Positions 26,593 through 36,147 of a stretch of 64,000 nucleotides of DNA are shown piece after piece; the stretch's first letter is position 1; each line of letters opens with the position of its first letter. The stretch spans positions 2,668 through 66,667 of the forward strand of contig CAWEGH010000008.1 in assembly GCA_963808785.1 (NCBI GenBank), read 5' to 3'. Under the pieces are notes generated by a model. It did no database searches, was not told the DNA's origin, and was given only the letters and a program-made list of their open reading frames with translations. This DNA is from Candidatus Dormiibacterota bacterium (lineage in GTDB: Bacteria; Chloroflexota; Dormibacteria; Dormibacterales; Dormibacteraceae). Both the position numbers and the translations under genes were made by a program.

Positions 26593-28526
26593 CCGAGACT
26601 CTGACACCAAGCGCTCAGCCGGCGCCTCCGGGGCCGCCGGCGGGAGGACCGCGGCGAGCGGTCGCGCGCTCTGAAGGTGCCCCGGCCCGCGCCGTGGGCA
26701 ACTACATGTGGATCGCCGCCGGGATCTGCATGTTCGGCATGATCATGGCGATCCTCGATCAGACCGTGGTCAACGTCGCGCTGCCCCGCCTGGAGACCGA
26801 CTTCAACACCTCGCTGACCACCATCCAGTGGATCATCACCGGCTACTCGCTCTCGCTGGCGGCCGTGATCCCGCTCTCCCCCTGGCTCATCGATCGCCTC
26901 GGCGCCAAGTGGGTCTTCATCACCTCCGAGCTGCTCTTCATCGCGGGCTCGGCCCTCTGCGGCCTCGCCCAGAGCGACTACCAGCTGATCGCCTTCCGTG
27001 TCATCCAGGGGATCGGCGGCGGCCTCCTGATGCCGGTCGGCATGACCATCCTGATGCGCGTGTCGCCGCCGGACATGCGGGGCCGCATGATGGCCGTCCT
27101 CGGGATCCCGATGATGCTCGGCCCGATCGCCGGTCCTCTGCTCGGCGGCTGGTTCGTCCAGGACTACACCTGGCGCCTGATCTTCTACATCAACGTCCCG
27201 ATCGGCCTCGCGGGGGCTATCCTGGGCGTCCTTTTCCTTCGTCCTGACCGGCCCGCGCTGAGTGCGCGGCACCCGCTGGACGTGCTGGGTCTGATCCTGA
27301 TCTGCCCTGCGATGGTCGGCATCGTGTACGGACTCAGCCAGCCCGCTCAGTACGGCTGGGGTTCCTTCCAGGTGCTGGGCCCGCTGATGGGCGGTGCCGC
27401 GCTTCTCGTCGCCTTCGTGCTGGTCGAACTTCGTCAGCGGTTCCCGCTGCTCGACATCCGGGTCTTCAAGGACCCCGCCTTCGCCGGTGCTCAGCTCCTG
27501 GTCTTCCTGATCGCGGCCACCCTCTTCGGCGCCGTCTTTCTGATGCCGCTCTTCCTGCAACAGATTCAGGGCATGGGCACGCTCAAGTCCGGATTCATCC
27601 TGGCCTTCCAGGGCGTGGCGGCGGCGTTGATGATGCCGATCTCGGGCATCCTCACCGACAAGGTCGGAGCCCGCAAGATCGTCCCCTTCGGGGTGCTGGT
27701 CCTCACAGCGGCCTCCCTCTGGACGGCGACCATCTCGTACAACACCAGCGAGTTCGTGGTCATCCTGATGATGTTCTCGCGTGGCCTCGGGATGGGCCTG
27801 ACCATGATGCCGGCCATGTCCGCCGCCTACGTGACGCTGCGCCCGGAGCAGGTGGCGCCTGCGACCGCCATCACCAACGTCGTGCAGCGGGTGGCGGCGG
27901 CGATCGGCGTCGCCATCCTGTCCACCATCCTGACCAACCGGATCGTGGCCAACCTGCCGCACATCCCGGGGCACGCGATCGGTGGCAGCACCGCCAGCCT
28001 GGCGGCGCTGAACCTGCCACCACAAATCAAGGACGTCCTGCTGCAGCAGGCCGCGAAGGGCTTCGACGCGACGTTTTTGATCGCGGCCGGGCTCGGTGTC
28101 CTCTGCCTCCCGGGCGCCTTCCTGCTCCAGCGAGCCCGCTCCGCCAAGGAGGTGCGCGACTACGCGGTCGGCCAATTGCGCCAGGGCGTGGTCCTGGGCA
28201 CCGCCGCGCTGCGGGTACGGAACACCGACGGCGGCGGACGGCTCTCTCCCGAGGCGTCGGAGAGCGCGTTCAGCGCCCTCGCCCGCTCCGGCAAGGCGCG
28301 CATCGACAAGGCGGCGCTGCTGATGCGTCTGGGCACCAACGCCGGCGGACTGGTTCCACGGCGCCCCCTGTCGCGACAGCTCAAGGCCACTGTCGGCGCC
28401 GCCGCCATGGTCGGTCTCGCCTGTGCCGTCGCCGGTTTCGTCTACGCGTTCCGGACGCCGGACGTGCCCAACATCCTGCCGCTCCTGGCTCAGCTGCCAC
28501 ACCCGGGAGCACCCCCCGGGCACTGA
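26589..28526 (+). CDS. MFS transporter, DHA2 (EmrB/QacA, 14-TMS) family
   Basis: LDQTVVNVALPRL...IQWIITGYSL...DRLGAKWVF motifs. 645 aa with an extended C-terminal tail. Confidence 0.9.
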   Translation: MTETLTPSAQPAPPGPPAGGPRRAVARSEGAPARAVGNYMWIAAGICMFGMIMAILDQTVVNVALPRLETDFNTSLTTIQWIITGYSLSLAAVIPLSPWLIDRLGAKWVFITSELLFIAGSALCGLAQSDYQLIAFRVIQGIGGGLLMPVGMTILMRVSPPDMRGRMMAVLGIPMMLGPIAGPLLGGWFVQDYTWRLIFYINVPIGLAGAILGVLFLRPDRPALSARHPLDVLGLILICPAMVGIVYGLSQPAQYGWGSFQVLGPLMGGAALLVAFVLVELRQRFPLLDIRVFKDPAFAGAQLLVFLIAATLFGAVFLMPLFLQQIQGMGTLKSGFILAFQGVAAALMMPISGILTDKVGARKIVPFGVLVLTAASLWTATISYNTSEFVVILMMFSRGLGMGLTMMPAMSAAYVTLRPEQVAPATAITNVVQRVAAAIGVAILSTILTNRIVANLPHIPGHAIGGSTASLAALNLPPQIKDVLLQQAAKGFDATFLIAAGLGVLCLPGAFLLQRARSAKEVRDYAVGQLRQGVVLGTAALRVRNTDGGGRLSPEASESAFSALARSGKARIDKAALLMRLGTNAGGLVPRRPLSRQLKATVGAAAMVGLACAVAGFVYAFRTPDVPNILPLLAQLPHPGAPPGH

Positions 28527-28548
28527 CCAGTCGCCACATCCGCTGCTC

Positions 28549-28577
28549 GCCCGCCCCGCCGTGGGGCGGGCTTTTCC
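28549..28577 (+). terminator. intrinsic terminator downstream of the MFS gene
   Basis: GCCCGCCCC-GCCGT-GGGGCGGGC hairpin followed by TTTTCC. Confidence 0.7.
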
Positions 28578-28781
28578 TTGGTCCTCGGCCGAATGCCGGC
28601 GTCGGCAATCGGCTGGCAATCGGGAGTGGACGGCTGCTTCATGGGGCCGTCCGGCGGTGCTTCAGGGGAGGTGAGTGACGGTCATGAGGTTCGGACCGGC
28701 GTCCGAGCGCTGCGCGCACGAAGCACAGTGCATGCCGGTTGTGGGCGCGCATTTGACTTACTTGGGTGGCTGCGCCCCCAA

Positions 28782-29252
28782 CAATGCCGTTGCAATAAGG
28801 GGCGCGCCACGCGGTTGCAACGTGAACGCACCTTTCTCGGCAATACGGCCTTTCGGGGCAGCCGGTAGGCCCTGGTTTGCAGTGCCTCCAGGATGGTGAG
28901 ACACCGAGCGAGTCATGAGGACACGCTTTCTCGACAGTCCGGGCCTACAGCGCGCCCGGTAGGGCCGGAATGTAGAGAAACGGCCCCCGGACCGGCGCGT
29001 CGGACGGCGATTCCCGCTTCTGCGCCCTCTGCCGAGCGTTCGTCACTCCACAATCTCCTGGACTCGGGCCGGCGACGCGGGCCAGCGCCGGCGAACAACC
29101 CGTCTGCTGGACAGAAGGGGCGTACCGATGCCACTGAAGGACCCTCTTGTGGGGCAGATGGGGCTTACCGGTGTGAGCAAGGACGCTTCTGCGGAGCAGG
29201 GGGAGCTTCAGTCGGAGAAATTGGCTGCGACGGCACTAAGGCAACGGCATTG
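28782..29252. mobile_element. MITE-like non-autonomous element (471 bp) with 12-bp terminal inverted repeats and a 10-bp target-site duplication
   Basis: Left: GCGCCCCCAA (28772-28781) then CAATGCCGTTGC (28782-28793). Right: GCAACGGCATTG (29241-29252) then GCGCCCCCAA (29253-29262). The interior has no credible ORF. Confidence 0.6.
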
Positions 29253-29525
29253 GCGCCCCCAAACCCCCCGACGGCGCTGGCCGTCGTTCCCTGCCGGGCC
29301 CGCAGTGTGGCGCGCTCTTGTGAGGTGTGGCCGAGGCTTGCTTCGGGCTGGCGCCCGAGTGCTGGCGCACCCGCTCGTGCGAGACCACCGGGGCCCCTGC
29401 GGGACCTCAACCGTGGGCTGCCGGTGGCGACGGGTGCTGCGGGCGACGAGACTGGGCTGGTGAGCTCCGGAGTGGGTTGAAGTGCTGAGCGTGCGTGGGT
29501 GGGCGGGCGGGCTATAAAGACCGGG

Positions 29526-32258
29526 ATGCCGTCGCTGCGCCGCCCCTCCTGGATGGCGCCGTCTCTGGCGCGCCTGCTCGCCGGCGGGGTGATCCTGGCG
29601 CTGGTCGCGGCGACCCTGGTCTGGACATCGGATTGGGTCCCCCATTCGTCCGGCTACACCGCCACCGCGCGGTTCCTGACCGTGCTCTCCGGGCCGCAGC
29701 GGAACGTGCCGGTCCGCCTCGACACCACCCTCTTCCTCCCCACCGGCGCGTCGGCCGCCGATCCGGTTCCGGCGGTGCTGGTGGCCCACGGCATGGGGGG
29801 CACCAAGCAGAGCGTCGCCGGCACCGCGGAGCAGCTCGCGCAGCAAGGTTTCGCGGTCCTCACCTGGTCGGCACAGGGAATGGGCCGGAGCGGCGGCCAG
29901 ATCCACCTCGACAGCCCCGACTGGGAGGTTCGCGACGCCTCCCAGCTGGTGAGCTGGCTGGGGCGGCAGCCGGAGATCCAGCGCCAGGGTGCCGACGATC
30001 CGGTGGTGGGTGCGGTCGGCGGCTCCTACGGCGGCGCGCTCTCTCTGCTGCTCGCCGCCTACGACCACCGCATCGACGCGATCGTGCCTGAGATCACGTG
30101 GAACAACCTGGCCACCGCGCTCCTCCCCAACGCGGTGAGCTCGAACCCCGAGACCGGGGTCCTCAAGAAGGCCTGGGTGGGGGTCCTTTTCGGGGAGGGC
30201 GGCCAGAACGCGGCCAGTCCCGCCTGCGGACGGTTCGCGGCTGACGTCTGCCGGCTCTACCAGGAGGCCACGCTGACGGGCAGCGTGACCCCGGCGCAGG
30301 TGGCCTTGCTCGACCGTTCCAGTCCCTTCACGGTCCTGGGCCGGATCCATGCGCCCACGCTGCTGATCCAGGGCGAGACCGACACGCTCTTCACGCTGGC
30401 CCAGGCGGACGCCAATGCGCGCGGCATCGCCCGCAACGGCACGCCTGTCCGCGTGGCCTGGTACACCGGCGGCCACTCCGGTGGCCCGGGTGCGCAGCCG
30501 GACCAGGCTCTCCAGAACGGGCTCGTCGCCCAGTGGCTCGACTACTACCTCAAGCACGAGGGGCCGAACCCAGGCCAGAGCTTCATCTTCGCCAGGATCT
30601 CGGGCTTTTCGGAGAACGGGACGCCCTCCGACGTCGAGGAGACGGCCGCCCGCTATCCCGGGATCGAAGGCGACCAGACGTGGAAGCTCCAGCTCCAGGG
30701 CCCACCGCAGCCGATCGCCAGCCCGCCCAACGGGATCCCGTCCGCGGTCTCCACCGTGCCCGGTGTCGAGTCCGGCACCGCCGCGTTGACCGGCGAGGGG
30801 GCGCTGGACATCCCGGGACAGCACGCCGTCTTCGCGTCTGCCCCCCTCGCCCAAGCGCAGCTGGTCGCGGGCTCCCCCACCATCCACCTGCGGGTCGCCA
30901 GCCCGACCGGCCAGGCGGTGCTCTTCGTGAAGCTGTATGACGCGCCGCCGGACACGGCACCCACGCTGCCGGGTGGGATCGTGACGCCGGTGCGACTCGC
31001 CGGGCTGCCTGCCACGCTGGCGGCGGCGAAGCCGATCACCATACCGCTCGCTCCCATCGTCCATCAGTTCGGCGCCGGGGACCGCCTGGCGGTCGTCGTC
31101 GCGACCTCTGACGAGGCCTACCTGGGCCCCACGCAGGCGACCACCTACGCCGTCGCGCTGCAGGGTGGGCTGACGGTGCCCACCATGCTGGGGCAGCCGC
31201 TCGCCACCCAGAGCCCGGTGTGGCCGCTGATCCTCCTGGCACTGGTGGTGGTGTTGATCGCTCTGACGGTGGTCGCACTGGTGCTGGGCAGGCGGCGCAT
31301 GCGCCGGAGCACCCATCGCGTCGACGAGACGACCGCCACCACCCCGCTCGTCGTCGACCACCTGCGCAAGGTTTATGCCAACGGGTTCGTGGCCGCCGAC
31401 GACATCTCATTTCGTGTCGAGCCCGAGCAGGTGGTGGGCCTGCTGGGGCCCAACGGCGCCGGCAAAACGACCATCCTGCGCGCGCTCATGGGCCTGACCA
31501 CTCTGACGTCCGGCTCGGTACTCGTCTTCGGCCACCCACTGACCCCCGGCGCACCGGTGCTGTCACGCCTCGGGTCGCTGGTCGAGGGGCCAGGGTTTCT
31601 CCCCCACCTCAGCGGGGCCGAGAATCTCCGCCTCTACTGGCAGGCGACGGGGCGCCCGCCGCAGGACGCCCACATCGACGAGGCGCTCGAGATCGCGCGC
31701 CTGGGCGGTGCGGTTCGGCGGCGCGTGGGGACCTACAGCCACGGCATGCGCCAGCGTCTAGCCATCGCTCAGGCCATGCTCGGGCGGCCGCAGATGCTGG
31801 TGCTCGACGAACCGACCGACGGCCTCGATCCGCCGCAGATCGCCGAGATGCGCGAGGTTCTGCAGCGCTACGCCCGGGACGGGCGCGCGGTGCTGGTTTC
31901 GAGCCACCTGCTGGCGGAGGTCGAGCAGACCTGCACCCACGCGGTCATCGTTAACCACGGTCGTGTGGTGGCCGGCGGCGCCGTGGCCGACCTGGTCGGC
32001 GAGGGCTCCACGGTCCTGCTCGACGTCTCCAATCCCGGCGCTGCCGAGCAGGTGCTGCTGGAGGCCGGTGCCCGCTCGGTGCGGCAGCAGGGTCCGCGGA
32101 CGCTGGTCTGCGACCTGGACGGCGTCGACCGAGCTGAGATGGTTACGGCGCTCGTCGGCGCCGGCATCGGCGTCGAGCGGCTGGCCCCCAGCCGTCGCCT
32201 GGAAGACGCGTTCCTCGATCTGGTCGGCGGCGCTCCGGTGGAGGCGAAGGAACCGTGA
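29526..32258 (+). CDS. fusion protein: TM anchor - CocE/NonD (S15 X-Pro dipeptidyl-peptidase-like) alpha/beta hydrolase - TM - ABC transporter ATPase
   Basis: ATG 29526 (alternative GTG 29499). TM1 LLAGGVILALVAATLVW. Hydrolase elbow GGSYGG. TM2 VWPLILLALVVVLIALTVVALVLG. Walker A GPNGAGKTT, signature YSHGMRQRL, Walker B LVLDEPTDGLD. Confidence 0.8.
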   Translation: MPSLRRPSWMAPSLARLLAGGVILALVAATLVWTSDWVPHSSGYTATARFLTVLSGPQRNVPVRLDTTLFLPTGASAADPVPAVLVAHGMGGTKQSVAGTAEQLAQQGFAVLTWSAQGMGRSGGQIHLDSPDWEVRDASQLVSWLGRQPEIQRQGADDPVVGAVGGSYGGALSLLLAAYDHRIDAIVPEITWNNLATALLPNAVSSNPETGVLKKAWVGVLFGEGGQNAASPACGRFAADVCRLYQEATLTGSVTPAQVALLDRSSPFTVLGRIHAPTLLIQGETDTLFTLAQADANARGIARNGTPVRVAWYTGGHSGGPGAQPDQALQNGLVAQWLDYYLKHEGPNPGQSFIFARISGFSENGTPSDVEETAARYPGIEGDQTWKLQLQGPPQPIASPPNGIPSAVSTVPGVESGTAALTGEGALDIPGQHAVFASAPLAQAQLVAGSPTIHLRVASPTGQAVLFVKLYDAPPDTAPTLPGGIVTPVRLAGLPATLAAAKPITIPLAPIVHQFGAGDRLAVVVATSDEAYLGPTQATTYAVALQGGLTVPTMLGQPLATQSPVWPLILLALVVVLIALTVVALVLGRRRMRRSTHRVDETTATTPLVVDHLRKVYANGFVAADDISFRVEPEQVVGLLGPNGAGKTTILRALMGLTTLTSGSVLVFGHPLTPGAPVLSRLGSLVEGPGFLPHLSGAENLRLYWQATGRPPQDAHIDEALEIARLGGAVRRRVGTYSHGMRQRLAIAQAMLGRPQMLVLDEPTDGLDPPQIAEMREVLQRYARDGRAVLVSSHLLAEVEQTCTHAVIVNHGRVVAGGAVADLVGEGSTVLLDVSNPGAAEQVLLEAGARSVRQQGPRTLVCDLDGVDRAEMVTALVGAGIGVERLAPSRRLEDAFLDLVGGAPVEAKEP

Positions 32259-33169
32259 CGGCACTAGCCGACCCACCCCGCGAAACTCCGCAAGCTCCGT
32301 TTCGCGGGGACCGCGGCGACGGCGCCGCTCGCGGGTACCGGGCCGCGGCCACGCTGCGGGTCTGGGCCGAGATACGGCGGCAGGCGGGCCGGCTGCGCAC
32401 GCGGCTGGCGCTGGGCTGCATGGTCCTGCTGCCGCTGATCATCCTGTTTGCGTTCGTCGTCGGCCGGCCTGGCGGCAGTGGCCAGCAGCCGGGCGAATTC
32501 GCCTCCTTCGCCGCCCTCGGCACGCACGGCGGCCTCAACTTCGCCCTCTTCACCCTTCTCGTCTCCTCCTCGTTCCTGCTCGTCATCGTGGTGGCGCTGT
32601 TCTGTGGGGACTGCGTCGCGTCGGAGGCCGGCTGGGGCTCGCTGCGCTACCTGCTCGCGATCCCCGTCCCGCGCGGCCGGCTGCTGCTCAACAAGCTGCT
32701 GGTGGCGCTGCTCACCTGCGCCGTCGCCCTGCTCCTGCTCACCGGTACGGCGCTCCTGGTGGGCACGCTCCACTACGGATGGCATCCGATGATGACCACC
32801 TACGGGGAACAGATCCCGACCGGGTTGGCACTCCTGCGCCTGCTCGGGATCCTCGCCTACGTCGCCATCAGCCTGCTCGTCACCGCGGGTCTGGCGTTCC
32901 TGCTCTCGGTCTCCACCGACGCGCCGCTGGGAGCCGTCGGCGGCGCGGTCATGCTGCTCATCGTGTCGGAGATCCTGGATCAGATCACGGCCCTGGGCGC
33001 ACTCCGGGTGGTGCTGCCCACGCACTACGCGGACGCCTGGCTCACGTTTCTGAGCGATCCCATCCAGTGGGACGACGTGGTCAAGGGGACGATCTCGGCG
33101 CTGATCTACGCGTCCGCGTTCATCGCCTTCGCGTGGTATCGCTTCCAGCGCAAGGACATCGTCAGTTGA
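32255..33169 (+). CDS. ABC-2 type transporter permease
   Basis: 304 aa, 6 TM. The start overlaps the stop of the ATPase fusion (GTGA). Confidence 0.75.
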   Translation: MTALADPPRETPQAPFRGDRGDGAARGYRAAATLRVWAEIRRQAGRLRTRLALGCMVLLPLIILFAFVVGRPGGSGQQPGEFASFAALGTHGGLNFALFTLLVSSSFLLVIVVALFCGDCVASEAGWGSLRYLLAIPVPRGRLLLNKLLVALLTCAVALLLLTGTALLVGTLHYGWHPMMTTYGEQIPTGLALLRLLGILAYVAISLLVTAGLAFLLSVSTDAPLGAVGGAVMLLIVSEILDQITALGALRVVLPTHYADAWLTFLSDPIQWDDVVKGTISALIYASAFIAFAWYRFQRKDIVS

Positions 33170-33207
33170 GCGAGGGGGCGCCGCCTTCAGCGGGGCTTCG
33201 GCTCCCG

Positions 33208-33795
33208 GTGCGCATCCTGGCCCGGCGACGCTTGATCGCGCAGCTCGGCCTCGTCCTGCTGGCGCTGGTGGCGGCCGAGGTGGCGACGATCCCGTTCCTC
33301 TCCGACGGCCTGGTGCCGCTTCACGTGGGACTGGGCCTGGGCGCCATCCCCGCGGTGGGAGTAAAGCTGGTCGCGACCGCGGACCGGACCTTCCGTTACT
33401 ACCGGGGCGATCCGGCGGAACGCGCCGAAGGGGCTCCCGACGACCTGCTCCGGATCACGGCGGTGGTGCTCGTGCTCTCGACCGTGACGCTGTTCGGGAG
33501 TGGCGTCGCTCTCTGGCTGCTCGGGATCGGAGTGGGATCGCGGCTGCTGGCCGGCCCGGCCTGGATCCTGATCCACGAGCTGAGCTTCATTGGTTTCGCG
33601 TTCGCGGCCATGATCCACGCGCTCAGCTACGCGAGCCGGGCGGTGCGCTGGACACGGGACGACTGGGGGGCGGGCGCCGTGCTGGCCGGCGCAGCCCGCC
33701 GCCACGCCTGGGCGTTGGGCCTCCTTGGTTTGGGCATCCTGGCCACCGCCCTGTTCACGGTCTTCGGACCGGTCGCGGGAGCCGTCTTCGGGTGA
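33208..33795 (+). CDS. four-TM membrane protein with conserved TM histidines (paralogue A)
   Basis: GTG 33208 inside ORF 31963..33795. LVPLHVGLGLGAIPAVGVKLVAT...WILIHELSFIGFAFAAMIHALSY. Confidence 0.5.
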   Translation: MRILARRRLIAQLGLVLLALVAAEVATIPFLSDGLVPLHVGLGLGAIPAVGVKLVATADRTFRYYRGDPAERAEGAPDDLLRITAVVLVLSTVTLFGSGVALWLLGIGVGSRLLAGPAWILIHELSFIGFAFAAMIHALSYASRAVRWTRDDWGAGAVLAGAARRHAWALGLLGLGILATALFTVFGPVAGAVFG

Positions 33796-34343
33796 GAGGG
33801 GCGCCGCCGCGCGTCGAGCGCAACCGGCGCATGACGACGGAGACCGGCCTGCTGCTGGTGCCGCTCCTCCTGCTGGCGGGGGCGACCGGGCTGACGACGC
33901 GCGACAGCCAGCCCCTTCTCCACCTGGCTGTGGGCCTGGTTCTGGTGCCACCGCTCGTGCTCAAGCTCGCCACCGCCGGGTACCGCTTCGCCCGGTACCA
34001 CCTGGGAGACGCCGGCTACGTCGCCGCCGGCCCGCCGGCGCCGGGGCTGCGCCCGATCGCGCCCCCACTGGTCCTGACCTTGCTCGCTCTCATGGTCTCC
34101 GGGCTCGCGCTCTGGCTGGAACCGTCGACCGGCCCGGTGGCGGTGTGGCAGGCCATGCACAAGCTGAGCTTTCTTGTCTTCGGCGCCTGCGTCGGGGTTC
34201 ACGTCCTGGTGCACCTGCTGCGCGCCCCGACCCTGGAACTGGAACGGCGCCTGCCGGGGGCCGGACTGCGCGTCCTCTACCTGGCCGGGTCCCTGGTGTT
34301 GGGGGTGGCCCTTGCCGCGGCCGGGTTGGCCTGGCGCCCGTGA
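33792..34343 (+). CDS. four-TM membrane protein with conserved TM histidines (paralogue B)
   Basis: LLHLAVGLVLVPPLVLKLATAGYRF...AMHKLSFLVFGACVGVHVLVHLL aligns motif-for-motif with the preceding gene. Possible alternative start at ATG 33831. Confidence 0.5.
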   Translation: MRGAPPRVERNRRMTTETGLLLVPLLLLAGATGLTTRDSQPLLHLAVGLVLVPPLVLKLATAGYRFARYHLGDAGYVAAGPPAPGLRPIAPPLVLTLLALMVSGLALWLEPSTGPVAVWQAMHKLSFLVFGACVGVHVLVHLLRAPTLELERRLPGAGLRVLYLAGSLVLGVALAAAGLAWRP

Positions 34344-34869
34344 GCCCCGGGAGCGTGACGTGAGCCCTATATGTCCACAATGCGGGCCTACCTCCCGCGT
34401 TGTAACCCCGCCGAAACTGAACCGGCCCGCGACCGCCGTGGCCGGACCGGGCGGCGATCAGTTGCTGATCTCGGGCCGACTGAAGGTGAGCGCCCACCGC
34501 GCTGCCCGCCAGGCCGCAGGCGACAGCCACCACCAACGCTCCGCGGCCAGCGACAGGAATGCCCGGCGAGGGTTGCGATGGAGCGGGCACCAGAACCGGC
34601 CGGGCCTGGTGGACGGCCCCAGGGCACGCATCGGGCGCTCCTGTCTGCCATCGACACCCCTACGCTAACGCGGTGGGGCGTCAGATAGAGGGCACGATCC
34701 CGGTCCCGGACCGGTCACTGCGACAACAGCGGCGGACGTCCTGTGGGTGGCGGCGGGGTGGCCCGGCGACCCGGGCATCGCACCGTCCCTCCCTCCGAGG
34801 CGGTGGTTGCCCGGGTTCGGCCGTCCACTAGCATACGCAAAGAGGTGACAGGCAGGAGCCTGCCACACG

Positions 34870-35436
34870 ATGACAAGGGAGCGCGGGTACTTGGCACATG
34901 AAAAACCGGCGTCCGACACCTGGCGTCCTCGCCCGCCCGTGCTGGACCTGGTCGACCTGGCGGTCCTAAAGGAGTTGCTGCGGGATGCCCGATCCTCGCA
35001 ACGCAGCATCGCACGAGCGATCGGGATGTCGGCCCCCGCGGTGGGCGAGCGGATCGCGCGTCTCGAGCGGGCGGGCGTCATCACCGGCTACCGCGCCGTC
35101 ATCGATCGCAACCGCCTCGGGTTCCCGGTCACCGCCTATCTCAGCGTCCAGACCCTGGAGACCGGGTCCAAGCCACTGCGCGTGGCCGCCGCGCTGGCCG
35201 GCGTTCCGGAGGTGGACCAGGTGTCGGTCATCACGGGACCGATGGACCTGATGGTGCACCTGCGGGTGCGCGACCATGAGCACTTGCAGCGAACCCTGTA
35301 CACGATCTGGGAGATCGACGGTGTGCAGCGCACCGAGACGCTGCTTTCGCTGCAGGACTCCGGCGGCGAGGACACCGACCAGGAGCTGGTTCGGCAGCTT
35401 CGGCAGGAGTTGGAAGCGGAGGGGGACGCGACCTGA
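34870..35436 (+). CDS. Lrp/AsnC family transcriptional regulator
   Basis: LDLVDLAVLKELLRDARSSQRSIARAIGMSAPAVGERIARLERAGVITGY... plus a C-terminal RAM-type domain. Confidence 0.9.
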   Translation: MTRERGYLAHEKPASDTWRPRPPVLDLVDLAVLKELLRDARSSQRSIARAIGMSAPAVGERIARLERAGVITGYRAVIDRNRLGFPVTAYLSVQTLETGSKPLRVAAALAGVPEVDQVSVITGPMDLMVHLRVRDHEHLQRTLYTIWEIDGVQRTETLLSLQDSGGEDTDQELVRQLRQELEAEGDAT

Positions 35437-35520
35437 CCGCAACGCACCGGCCCCCGAGCCACCGACAAGCGCTGCGAAAACCGGACCGCATCTGACCGCG
35501 TTCGAGGCCAGAGTGGACGC

Positions 35521-36111
35521 ATGGTCGACACCACATCGCGGGAACTGGACTGGTCGCATGAACTCGCTGAGCAGATGGATGGGCACTGGAGGCGCCAGTT
35601 GCGAAAGCGCCTGCAGGGCTTGAGCAACCAGGAGTACTTCTGGGAGCCGGTCCCCGGCTGCTGGAGCCTGCGCCCGCGCGGGGAGAGCCGGGCCCCGATG
35701 GCGGCAGGGGCCGGTGCAATGCTTCTCGACTACGCCTATCCGGAGCCGGATCCGCCGCCGATCACGACGATCGCCTGGCGGCTCAACCACCTCCTGGTCG
35801 GAGTTCTGGGACAGCGCAACGCGACGTACTTCGGAGGTCCGGCGGTGGACTACCAGAGCTTCCAGTACCCGGAGACCGCCGGCGACGCCCTGGCCGCGCT
35901 CGACCGCCAGTACGCCCGCTGGATCGGGGGTGTGCGCGCTCTCACCCCGGACGAGCTCGCGACGCCGGTCGGCGATCGCGAGCCGGCCTACCCGCGGACG
36001 CCGGTGGCGGGTCTGGTCTTGCACATCCATCGCGAGATGATCCACCACGGGGCGGAGATCGCGCTGCTTCGGGATCTCTACCTGCGCCGGGCGCCTGACC
36101 AAGCGGCCTGA
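35521..36111 (+). CDS. DinB-family (DinB_2) metal-dependent protein
   Basis: EYFWEPVPGCWSL...ITTIAWRLNHL...LHIHREMIHHGAEIALLRDLY. Confidence 0.8.
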   Translation: MVDTTSRELDWSHELAEQMDGHWRRQLRKRLQGLSNQEYFWEPVPGCWSLRPRGESRAPMAAGAGAMLLDYAYPEPDPPPITTIAWRLNHLLVGVLGQRNATYFGGPAVDYQSFQYPETAGDALAALDRQYARWIGGVRALTPDELATPVGDREPAYPRTPVAGLVLHIHREMIHHGAEIALLRDLYLRRAPDQAA

Positions 36112-36147
36112 TGGGGTCTGCTCGACAAGTGGTCCGGTTGCGGCACG

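Noticed and set aside
28900-29190. RNase P RNA-like motifs inside the MITE-like element (GACAGTCCGGGCC..., GTAGAGAAACGGCC, AGATGGGGCTTACCGG).
   Set aside because: The universally conserved GGAAAGUCCGG core is not matched. No CCCGGCUU partner strand for P4 exists. The GGUAAGGGUGAAA / GUAAGAGCGCACC modules are absent. The span is too short. I treat the resemblance as chance.
28893-29480. 195-aa and 111-aa plus-strand ORFs in the gap between the MFS gene and the hydrolase::ABC gene.
   Set aside because: The composition (Arg/Ala/Pro/Gly runs) is not protein-like, there are no motifs and no RBS, and the region is better explained as non-coding DNA with a MITE-like insertion.
29461-29640. An apparent 1-nt disagreement between my reading of the printed sequence lines and the ORF-track coordinates: an extra G at the 29460/29461 line break and one C fewer at 29640/29641.
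   Set aside because: Coordinates agree again on both sides (29128 and 29654). This is probably my transcription error. I used the ORF-track coordinates for the genes concerned and make no biological claim from it.
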